Below, in pieces: positions 32,494 to 41,524 of a stretch of DNA of 64,000 nucleotides; position 1 is the first letter of the stretch, and every line of letters begins with the position of its first letter. Source of the stretch: an uncultured candidate division Zixibacteria bacterium (GTDB lineage Bacteria; Zixibacteria; MSB-5A5; UBA10806; 4484-95); contig CAXXKA010000004.1 of NCBI GenBank assembly GCA_963668625.2, positions 224,001 to 288,000 on the forward strand, in the 5' to 3' direction. The position numbers and the translations under genes were made by a program. The notes under the pieces are model-generated. The model did not search any database and was not told where the DNA came from. It saw nothing but the letters and a program-made list of their open reading frames with translations.

Positions 32494-34653
32494 ATGAACA
32501 AACTCGCAACCTACATACTTATAATTATTTGCTTATCGGTATCAGTAGTATCAGCACAGATAATGAGTTTTAACAGCGCCAGTGTTTTTACCGGGTCAAT
32601 CAACGATATAGAGATTCGCGACAATTACGCTTATTGTCTGGGGACCTCGGCGTTCGAGGTGTTCGATATCTCGACTCCCGGGGAGTTCAAACTCGTTGCC
32701 GGGTGGCCGATAGCCGGCGGCACTAATAGATTAGTTCTGAAAGATAACCTGGCTTTTATAACCACATTCGGAGCGGGACTGGTTGTATTGGATATTTCGA
32801 CACTCCCGATAACCTGTGAATTTGCCTGCCTGGACATCGAGGATGATGTAAGTGATATTTACTTCGATGGTGATACACTGTATCTGGCCGGTCATGATGG
32901 CAACCTGCATTTTATCGACATCAGCAATCTACAGGATCCGGTTTTGATAAGCAGTTTCGAAATGCCCAATTCGCTCGAATCGATCACCGGCTATGCCGGC
33001 TACCTGTATGTCGCTACCCACGCCAATGGCGTCTATGTAATCGATATCTCGGACTGTGAAAATCCTGAAATTATCGATACACTGGATGAACAGTGGGAGT
33101 TAAAGGATGCAACGATACATAACGATCATTTGTATATCAACTCGTGGTTATACGATGATATGGTAATTTACGGCAAAATCAACATCTACGATATCGAGCA
33201 GCCTGGCAGCCCGAACCTTATTTCCACGATCGAGAGGGACAGCGAATTCAGTGATATCTATTTCGAAAACGACATACTATATACGGCCAATGATTACTAT
33301 GGATTAGTCGCCTACGATATCAGCCAACCGACAAACCCGGTCTCGATTATAAACCAGGCTTTCGAACTTGACTTCGACTACGTATCCGCTACCAGTGTTT
33401 GTGCCCTGGAAGGAACCTCGGTGATTTGCCTCGGCAGTTATCTGGTCAGAGCCGATATTTCTAATCCCGATAATACTTTCATACTGGATAAGTATTCGAT
33501 TCCCAGAGAATCATTTAGTGTAGAATGCGAAGGGAATCTGGCTTATATCGGTTTGCAGCTCGGATTCCAGGTTTTGGATTACACCAATCCCGATTTCCCG
33601 GTGATGCGAGGCGGAATCAATGACCATCTGGTAGTCAATGGCATCAAGGATATGTGCCATAATGGTGGTTACGTGTATTTAGCGTCAGCCTCATGTGGTA
33701 GAATCAGCATTATAGATGTTAGCAATCCCGATTCGGTTTATTGTGCAGGTTATTACTCCGATGGTCTTTTTTCGGTAAGGGCTGTTGATGTTCGCGATAC
33801 GCTTTTATTCGCTATCATGACCACCGGTTTACCGTTTCGAATCATTAATGTCGCCGACCCCGCGAACCCGGTAGTACTGGGCGGCTGCGAAACCAACAAT
33901 GGCATTGTTTATGATATGGCGCTTGATGGGAATTATGTTTATGCATTATGCCATACGGGCGTATCTATCATAAACATCGAAGACCTGGCTAATCCGGAGC
34001 TTATAGCATCGTACAATTCACAGAGCGGGTTTGTACTAAAAACGATTGCCGTTAGAGAAAACTACGCTTTCATGGCCTCCGACACGGGTTATTTCGAGAT
34101 AGTAAACACGGAAAATCCAAATGATTTCCGTCGCGAAAGCTATTGCGAAATTCCGGAGAATGCCTCCGATATCTCTATCGTGAACAACTTCGCTCTAATC
34201 GCCACTGATGGAGTTGCAGTGGTGGATATCGGCGACCTTACCGGACCATCCCTGACCAATCAATGGGATTCACCGGGAAGATCCCATAACCTGGATTTTC
34301 ATGGGAATTATATTTTCTTAGCCGATTGCTTTTCTACGATAATAATCGAATATACGACTGCGGCGATCGGGGATGAATCGGCGCTGCCGGATCAAATCGC
34401 GCTATCGCAAAACTACCCCAATCCGTTCAATGCCCGAACAAGTATCAGTTTCACACTGTCCGAAAAATCAAAAGTAAAACTTGATATATATGACATACTT
34501 GGCCGCAAACTTCAAACTCTACATAATGGCATCCAGAATGCCGGGGAGCACACATTGAACTGGAATGCCGAAAACCTCTCCTCAGGTATTTATTTCTATA
34601 AATTAACTACCGGAGAATTCGAACAGACCAGGAAAATGATTCTTCTAAAATAG
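32494..34653 (+). CDS. Secreted LVIVD-repeat protein with CTD
   Basis: Same architecture; start 32494 or 32482. Confidence 0.9.
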   Translation: MNKLATYILIIICLSVSVVSAQIMSFNSASVFTGSINDIEIRDNYAYCLGTSAFEVFDISTPGEFKLVAGWPIAGGTNRLVLKDNLAFITTFGAGLVVLDISTLPITCEFACLDIEDDVSDIYFDGDTLYLAGHDGNLHFIDISNLQDPVLISSFEMPNSLESITGYAGYLYVATHANGVYVIDISDCENPEIIDTLDEQWELKDATIHNDHLYINSWLYDDMVIYGKINIYDIEQPGSPNLISTIERDSEFSDIYFENDILYTANDYYGLVAYDISQPTNPVSIINQAFELDFDYVSATSVCALEGTSVICLGSYLVRADISNPDNTFILDKYSIPRESFSVECEGNLAYIGLQLGFQVLDYTNPDFPVMRGGINDHLVVNGIKDMCHNGGYVYLASASCGRISIIDVSNPDSVYCAGYYSDGLFSVRAVDVRDTLLFAIMTTGLPFRIINVADPANPVVLGGCETNNGIVYDMALDGNYVYALCHTGVSIINIEDLANPELIASYNSQSGFVLKTIAVRENYAFMASDTGYFEIVNTENPNDFRRESYCEIPENASDISIVNNFALIATDGVAVVDIGDLTGPSLTNQWDSPGRSHNLDFHGNYIFLADCFSTIIIEYTTAAIGDESALPDQIALSQNYPNPFNARTSISFTLSEKSKVKLDIYDILGRKLQTLHNGIQNAGEHTLNWNAENLSSGIYFYKLTTGEFEQTRKMILLK

Positions 34654-34727
34654 TTTTTTAAAAAATTAACTGTTAATTTTTATGCTTAAATGTTAGCAGT
34701 TTCTATAACCGCCAAATGGGAGATCAT

Positions 34728-35157
34728 ATGTCCAGAGTTAAACTGGTCATATTCCTGGTATTTTTTTTCGTATCCCCCGAATGTTTCAAGGATATAGTCT
34801 ACTCGAAAAACACAATCGATCGGGCAAATTATCATTCGACAATCGTGAGAAACAACAACCATTCGAGTATTGATATGAAAAACATGTATCGATCGAAGAA
34901 ATCCATAGGATATGCTTTTCCTGATCCGTTTAATACTTCCTTAACGATCAGCTTCAGTTTCCTTCAACGGTCAAGTGCAAAACTTGAGATTCATGATATA
35001 CTGGGAAGTAAATTAAAAACCATATTCGAGGGATAACAATCGGCAGGTAAGTATTCGGTAATTTACGGTATATTGACGTCTAGCCTCGGGAAAATACATA
35101 CACAAACTTGCATCAGGAGAGTATAGCTATATTCGAAAGCTTACTCTTATCAAATAG
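34728..35157 (+). pseudogene. Degenerate short CTD-bearing gene
   Basis: 'AFPDPFNTS...HDILGSKLKTIFEG*QSAGKY'; after a frameshift 'KLASGEYSYIRKLTLIK*'. Confidence 0.65.
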
Positions 35158-35241
35158 TAGCTCAGCTTGAGCTATATTGAAATTATAAAAATCAGCTCAG
35201 GCTTCGGTTAGATTAAATCACTCAAATCAGGAGGTTATAAA

Positions 35242-37380
35242 ATGAAAAAAACACTGATAACCGGCGGTTTTATTTTATGTGTTTTGATAGCCGCCACTTT
35301 AACATCTACGGCCCGGCAATTGGAGTACGTGAACTCTATTTACTGGACCGATATCAATGATCTAAAACTGCGAGGTGATTACGCCTACTGCTGTTTCGGT
35401 TCGGGATTGGTCATTTATGATATGACAACCCTGTCTTTTCCATTAATAAGCAGTAGAATTTTTATTCAGGGAAGCAATAAACATATCGAATTACATGAGA
35501 ATTACGCTTACATGTTCGGCAAAGATGATATGCTGCGTGTCATTGATATCACCTCACCAATCAATCCTCGGATAGTTGGCGAATTACCACTTAACTGCGA
35601 GGTGTATAATATCCGTATTAGAGGTAACTACATTTTCGCGGCCGCCGGTGAACTCGGTCTCGCAATCATCGATATTTCCGATCCCGAGCAACCGGAAGTT
35701 TTAACCTTATATGATACCGACGGGATCACGGGAGCAGTCGATATTCAGGATGATTACGTTTTTATAGCGGAAAAACAAACTCAGCCATCCATGCCATCAT
35801 TCCAGGTGCTGGATATCACCGATATCCTGAATCCTTACGCGATAGGCGCAATCACGGATCAAATCATATCGGCATGCGATCTGATAGTTGAAGGAGATAT
35901 CGCCTACCTCGCCGACCAAACAGCCGGTTTTACCACGATTAAATTAACGAATTTATCACAGCCTGAAGTATTAGCTCAGATATCAAGCTCTTCCTCACCT
36001 CATAATCTTCATTTTAATGATCCCTACGTTTTCATGGATAAAGATAACGAATGGCTGCAGGTATACGATGTCACGGATCCCGCATCGCCCCAGTTAGCCG
36101 GTGATTTTCTGCCCGAGAAACCAATTATGGACTTCGATTTGACCGGCTCGCAGCTTTTCACGGCCGGAGCGTTCGAGGGCATCTCCATACTGGACATTTA
36201 CGATGTCGACTATATATTTCAGCTAACGGAGATCGACAGAAGAGGAGCGATAACCTCCTCATTTATGGTGGATGATGTATTATATGTCGGCGAATCTCAA
36301 CAGGGATTGATGGTTCACGATCTCAGCGATCAAGGCAACCCGAATCAAATCGGATTCTCTTTTACCCCCTACCAGCACTCATTTACGGAGCTGAATGAAA
36401 ATAGCATTTTCCTTCTGCAGGATGATCAGATAGGTGAAATCTACCTGCCGGATCCCACCACGCCGCTTGATCCGATGTATTACTATTTTCAACAAAATTA
36501 CAGTGATGCCTGTATTAATCTTCCTTATCTATTCCTCACCAAACCAGAGGGTGGCCTGGATATCTACCTTCGCCACAATTTCGTGGCTCTGCAGTACCTC
36601 AGAAGTTACGAGTGGACATCCCAAACCGGAAATGTTGAAATCGAGAACGGGCGTGCTTATATCGCTCAGTATCCTAATATCTGCATTTTCGATATATCGG
36701 ATCCAACCGATTCAGTCCTTCTCGGTTCCTATGAACCGGCAAATCAAGTGCAGAAACTGTGGGTGAAAGATAGTTATGTCTATTCCTCGGGGCATGATGC
36801 TACCAGTAATCAAGTATCGATATACGATTGCGCCGATCCGGAAAATCCTGTCTTTGTCGATGATATCGCTTTCGAGGGATCAGTGCTCGATATAACATTT
36901 CATGAGAACCTGGCGATTTTCGCGGTTTTGGAGGCTGGGATAATTATTTACGATTGCGCTAATCCCGAAAATCCGATACCGGTTGATCAATACCGCACAC
37001 CTGGTATCATTAACGAAATCGCCATTTTCAATGACTATTTGTACTTAGCCGATAACAGCTCCCTGGTTATTCTCCGTTTCAGCCCGACAGGTATCGAGAA
37101 TATCGATAACTTACCGGAGGAATACCGGCTATCGCAAAACTACCCAAATCCGTTTAATGCCGCCACCACGATAAGCTATAGTCTACCGGAACAGTCGAAA
37201 ATATGTATTGAGGTTTTCGATATACTTGGCAGAAAAGTGCAAACGCTATTCGAGGGCGAACAGCCGGCAGGTATTCATTCGCTTACATGGAATGCAGATA
37301 GTTTCTCCTCCGGTATCTATTTCTATAAGTTATCTGCCGCAGATATTATACGTACCGAGAAGATGTTGTTAATTAAGTAG
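35242..37380 (+). CDS. Secreted LVIVD-repeat protein with CTD
   Basis: Paralog of 30003..32153 (shared 'YINSINW/YVNSIYW' start of the mature protein); AGGAGG RBS. Confidence 0.9.
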   Translation: MKKTLITGGFILCVLIAATLTSTARQLEYVNSIYWTDINDLKLRGDYAYCCFGSGLVIYDMTTLSFPLISSRIFIQGSNKHIELHENYAYMFGKDDMLRVIDITSPINPRIVGELPLNCEVYNIRIRGNYIFAAAGELGLAIIDISDPEQPEVLTLYDTDGITGAVDIQDDYVFIAEKQTQPSMPSFQVLDITDILNPYAIGAITDQIISACDLIVEGDIAYLADQTAGFTTIKLTNLSQPEVLAQISSSSSPHNLHFNDPYVFMDKDNEWLQVYDVTDPASPQLAGDFLPEKPIMDFDLTGSQLFTAGAFEGISILDIYDVDYIFQLTEIDRRGAITSSFMVDDVLYVGESQQGLMVHDLSDQGNPNQIGFSFTPYQHSFTELNENSIFLLQDDQIGEIYLPDPTTPLDPMYYYFQQNYSDACINLPYLFLTKPEGGLDIYLRHNFVALQYLRSYEWTSQTGNVEIENGRAYIAQYPNICIFDISDPTDSVLLGSYEPANQVQKLWVKDSYVYSSGHDATSNQVSIYDCADPENPVFVDDIAFEGSVLDITFHENLAIFAVLEAGIIIYDCANPENPIPVDQYRTPGIINEIAIFNDYLYLADNSSLVILRFSPTGIENIDNLPEEYRLSQNYPNPFNAATTISYSLPEQSKICIEVFDILGRKVQTLFEGEQPAGIHSLTWNADSFSSGIYFYKLSAADIIRTEKMLLIK

Positions 37381-37390
37381 ATAAGTCAGA

Positions 37391-37499
37391 AAGTTCGCTA
37401 AATCCATACTTAACTATATAACATTTATGGATTTAGCTGAACTTTTTCTTGTCAAAAACAGTTTATTTCTTATAATAAGGTCAGAAATAACAACTGTTT
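37391..37499 (+). promoter_or_regulatory. Putative promoter flanked by two long inverted repeats
   Basis: TTGTCA (37449)-N16-TATAAT (37471); IRs GCTAAATCCATA/TATGGATTTAGC and AAACAGTTTATTTCT/AGAAATAACAACTGTTT. Confidence 0.5.
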
Positions 37500-37513
37500 A
37501 AACTGGAGCAAAA

Positions 37514-38503
37514 ATGCGTAAACTACTAATCCCGATTTTACTCATTGTGACCGCTATGGTATCCCCTGCCATGGCTTATCGAAGTCTTCAGGAGGTTTTC
37601 GAAAACGCCATGCCGGGATATGGTTATGATCGCTATATAGAGCTCGACCCCGAGATCGAATACGAGGGCGATCTACAAATCAACGCTAATGAAAGTATCT
37701 GCATTAAAGGCAACGGTGCGCTCGTATATGGCCGTCCTTATATGATGTCTGTTTATGTGGTGTTCGCTCAACTGGATATTTCGGATTGCGTGTTAGTCGA
37801 CGGTGGTTTCGGGATATATTACGGTTTGGACTCTTACGGCACTATCAGCAACAATACTATCATTAATGCCAGCGAGCAGGGAATAGCTACGGTCAATTTC
37901 GATGAGGATCGAGGACTGGTAATTTATAACAATATCATTACCGGCTCTAACTATGGCTTTTTATGCGTCGAGGAGCATCACCCCTCGTACCTGGGCTATA
38001 ACACTGTTTGGAACACAGGCACGTATCGCTACGCCGAACAATGCCTCGACTGAGGTGGCACTATCTTGCCAATCGACCCTGGTCAGGGTGATCAAGATGA
38101 AAATCCCATGTTTGTAGATATTGAGAATTTCGATTTCAGACTTCAGGCCGGTTCCCCCTGCATAGGTACGGGCCGGGATGGAGGCGATAGGGGCGCGCTG
38201 CAGTTCGCTACCGGTATAGATGATATCATCACACTCCCTTCGGCGCTTGCGCTCGATAGCAACTACCCTAACCCGTTTAACGCCGCCACCACTATCAGCT
38301 ACGATCTGCCGGAGCAATCCGAGGTCAGCCTGGTGATATACGACTTACTGGGCCGCGAGGTGCAGACGCTGGTGAACGATACCGAACCGGCAGGTAAACA
38401 CACTATCACCTGGCATGCGGATAAAGTCACCTCGGGTATATATTTCTACAGGCTAACAACCGGTAAGGATGTGCTTACCCAACGCATGACATTGATAAAA
38501 TAA
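37514..38503 (+). CDS. Probable secreted selenoprotein: signal peptide + parallel beta-helix + CxxU + CTD (329 aa, Sec at TGA 38051-38053)
   Basis: ORFs 37514..38053 and 38066..38503 are in frame across a single TGA in 'YAEQC-L-D-U-GGTILP'; SECIS-like hairpin directly downstream. Confidence 0.8.
38063..38098 (+). promoter_or_regulatory. Candidate bacterial SECIS element
   Basis: ATCTTG/CAAGAT lower stem, ATC/GAT, bulged G, ACCCT-GGTC-AGGGT apical stem-loop; loop begins 27 nt after UGA and starts with G. Confidence 0.7.
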
Positions 38504-38526
38504 GAATAATCCATTAGCTGATTATC

Positions 38527-38557
38527 AAGGCGCGTAAATTATCTTACGCGCTTTTTT
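38527..38557 (+). terminator. Intrinsic terminator
   Basis: GCGCGTAA..TTACGCGC plus T6. Confidence 0.85.
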
Positions 38558-38650
38558 ATTTTGTGACTGGCAGATATGCTCAGGCTGTCTCAAAAGGTAG
38601 ATCGACGCCGTGGTTGGGGTACGATCCCCATGCTCCGACTCGTATGCCTG

Positions 38651-38906
38651 GTTCCCTGGTTTCCAGACGCTTCTTGGGAACCTTCTAAAGTCATGTAAAA
38701 TCCGCATTCTGCCGGCAAACAAGCCACGTTGCGAAGTAGCGGGGTTGTTGAAAAAATCTATTTCACGCGTCGCTGGGCGGACGAAGTCCTTTGTTCATCC
38801 TTTCCCGGCGACATCCCGCATGTAACAGGTGTCAGGAAAAGATTCCTGACACCGCAACTAAGTCATGTAAAATCCGCATTCTGCCGGCAAACAAACCACG
38901 TTGCGA
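38651..38906 (+). repeat. Second repeat family / REP mosaic
   Basis: 47-bp core repeated at 38688-38734 and 38860-38906 (1 mismatch); palindrome GGTGTCAGGAA..TTCCTGACACC; 90-bp homolog at 53540-53629. Confidence 0.8.
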
Positions 38907-39083
38907 TATTATTTATATAATTGTGCACGGGCACACGGGGACGCCTGCTGCTCTCAAATACAGAAAATCAATCTCGGAGCACAGGTCAAGACTACTCAAG
39001 ACCTGATAACCAAGGCCTGATTTACCCTCTGTTTTCACAACAATCCTATTGACATCTCCGCCCCACACAATTAACATATTCTC

Positions 39084-39845
39084 ATGCTAGATTTTACCCA
39101 GACAATGTATGATAATCTCTGCCGGGCAATCAACGACTCGGGCTATCGCACGGCGATAATGGGTGACTATTTCAAAAGTGATAGCTCCGATATTCCCCGC
39201 ATGTTCCTCCGTCATGATGTTGACCGTGATCCGATGCTTGCGCTCGAGATGGCAAAAATCGAACGAGATCATAAACAGGTATCCACCTATTTCTTCCGGG
39301 TGGTCGAAAATGTTTTCAAGCCGGACATTATCGAGAAAATCTCTGCAATGGGGCATGAGATCGGCTATCATTACGAATGTCTCGATAAGACCGGCGGTGA
39401 TTACTCGAATGCCTATCAAACCGCTATCGGGGATTTGAAGAAACTGCGCGAGGTTGCCCCGATTGTCTCCATGGCCATGCATGGCAATCCGCTGACCAAA
39501 TGGGATAACCGCGATCTATGGGGCAAATACGATTACAAAGACCTGGGTATCGAAGTGGCTGCTTATTTGAATATCGACTATAAAAAAATCCGTTATTTTT
39601 CGGATACCGGACGCACCTGGGAGGAAAACCGTGGCAATATCTACGATTTCGTTGGCAATCAGCCCTCCCATGCTCTGAAAACTACGCCTGATTTGATCGA
39701 ATATATCAGCGAACATAAACAGGATACCTGCATACTCATCCACCCCAACCGATGGACCGACCAGACATTCAAATGGCTGTACAACTGGGCATTCGACACG
39801 GCCGCCAACACCGCTAAAGCGATTATCAAAACAATCAGAAAGTAG
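39084..39845 (+). CDS. Polysaccharide deacetylase-like (NodB/CE4-type fold) protein
   Basis: 'LRHDVD', 'STYFFR', 'GHEIGYHYE', 'YFSDTGRTW', 'LIHPNRW'. Confidence 0.75.
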   Translation: MLDFTQTMYDNLCRAINDSGYRTAIMGDYFKSDSSDIPRMFLRHDVDRDPMLALEMAKIERDHKQVSTYFFRVVENVFKPDIIEKISAMGHEIGYHYECLDKTGGDYSNAYQTAIGDLKKLREVAPIVSMAMHGNPLTKWDNRDLWGKYDYKDLGIEVAAYLNIDYKKIRYFSDTGRTWEENRGNIYDFVGNQPSHALKTTPDLIEYISEHKQDTCILIHPNRWTDQTFKWLYNWAFDTAANTAKAIIKTIRK

Positions 39846-40025
39846 ATCACCTCTCCTCGGGGCGCTCCTGACCGTATAGGTACTAACCCGCGAATGGAAT
39901 AACAAACGTGAATTGCATGAATTGACAGCAAGATCTAACCCTAACTATAAAACATCAACTATCATATAAAACTACCGACATTGTATCTCACAGGAAAACG
40001 CTAACCGATTAAAATCGCATGAATT

Positions 40026-41432
40026 CTATTTAACTCGCTTGATATCCCCACGCGCTAATGAGGCAAATATCCCTCCCAGACACATCACTGCGAATATGAT
40101 AAGCGATATTTTCATGCTGGAAATAAACTGCGGCAAACTCTCGGCTTTGATCTCCCCCTGCCCGAGTATCAGCGCCATTATCATCATCACGATACCCATC
40201 GATACCATCATGCCAATCTGACGCATCGTGCCGGTCATGGCGCTGGCAACGCCGTAATAGCGGCGCTCGACCGAGCTCATGATTGCATTGGTGTTGGGCG
40301 AGGAAAACAGCGCAAACCCGAATCCTAAAAACATCAGCACGCCGATAATTAAATAAAGCGGCGTATCAATTCGGATAAACACCAGCGCGACCAGGCCCAG
40401 TAATGTGAAAGCCATACCCACAGAGGCGACCTTGCGCGGCTGGATTCTATCCGATAGGCGGCCCGCCAACGGTGAGAATATAGCCTGTACAACCGGCTGG
40501 GCCATCAGGATAGTACCCGCCTCCTGCGGTTGATATCCTTTTACGTTTTGAAGATATAAACTGAGCAGGAATGTCACCGCGAAAGTAGCGGCATAGTTTA
40601 TCAGGGCGGCCAGGTTGGAAAAAGTAAACGCGCTGTTGCTGATAAACAGGCTCATATCGACTACCGGCGATTCCAGCTTCATCTCGTAGAACACGAATCC
40701 GGCTATACCGATCAAGCCGAGAGCTACCAATCCGAACGCGTAAGTTTCCGGCAGCTTGGAAAATCCGTACATCGTAACCAGAAGAGACACCGCCAGCATC
40801 AGTGAACCCAGCAGATCGAATTTCTGCCCCCTCTCCTCCGCCCAATCGCCTTTAAGCATAAGGAAAATAACCGCAAGTAATATCAATCCTAATGGCACGT
40901 TTACCCAGAATATATACCTCCAGCCCAGATGCTGAGTTATCATGCCGCCTATAAAAGGCCCGCTGGAAAGCCCGAAATAAACCGAGGCAACAGTTATGCC
41001 AAGCACCTTGCCTCTTTCGGAGGCCGGAAAAATAGACATCAAAAGAGCCATGCCGGTCGCGAAAATCATAGAGGCGCCAAATCCCTGAAGGAATCTGCCC
41101 AGTATCAGCATCAATCCCGAAACCGACATCGCCACTATTATAGAGGCGATAGTGAACACGAATACTCCGGCCATATAGATTTTCTTCCGCCCGTAAATAT
41201 CTCCCAGGCGGCCGAATGGGATAGAAAATGTAGCGGCGGAAAGCAGGTAAGCCGTGTTTATCCAACCTAAAGATACCGCGCTTAATGAGAAATAGTCACC
41301 GATTGAGGGTAGAGCGACATTTACCGAGGATCCCATAAAAGGCCCGATAAACGAGGCCATAGTAGCCACGAGCAAGGCTGCCCGCTTGATGGATTTGCTT
41401 TCCTCGGTAGAATCAGCCTTAACTTGAATCAT
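40026..41432 (-). CDS. MFS transporter (DHA2/EmrB-like, 14 TM)
   Basis: 'GRLGDIYGRKK' motif A, 'GWRYIFWVNVPLG'. Confidence 0.95.
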   Translation of the reverse strand: MIQVKADSTEESKSIKRAALLVATMASFIGPFMGSSVNVALPSIGDYFSLSAVSLGWINTAYLLSAATFSIPFGRLGDIYGRKKIYMAGVFVFTIASIIVAMSVSGLMLILGRFLQGFGASMIFATGMALLMSIFPASERGKVLGITVASVYFGLSSGPFIGGMITQHLGWRYIFWVNVPLGLILLAVIFLMLKGDWAEERGQKFDLLGSLMLAVSLLVTMYGFSKLPETYAFGLVALGLIGIAGFVFYEMKLESPVVDMSLFISNSAFTFSNLAALINYAATFAVTFLLSLYLQNVKGYQPQEAGTILMAQPVVQAIFSPLAGRLSDRIQPRKVASVGMAFTLLGLVALVFIRIDTPLYLIIGVLMFLGFGFALFSSPNTNAIMSSVERRYYGVASAMTGTMRQIGMMVSMGIVMMIMALILGQGEIKAESLPQFISSMKISLIIFAVMCLGGIFASLARGDIKRVK

Positions 41433-41524
41433 GATTACAGCTTAATATACGAATTAAGATTATGCAATACAAATGTATGTAATATGATGAAGATACTCTT
41501 ACTACGAGGAAAACCGATGGTTGT

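Noticed and set aside
30003-38503. Diversity-generating retroelement acting on the LVIVD/CTD paralogs
   Set aside because: No reverse transcriptase, and no TR/VR pair differing only at adenines was seen.
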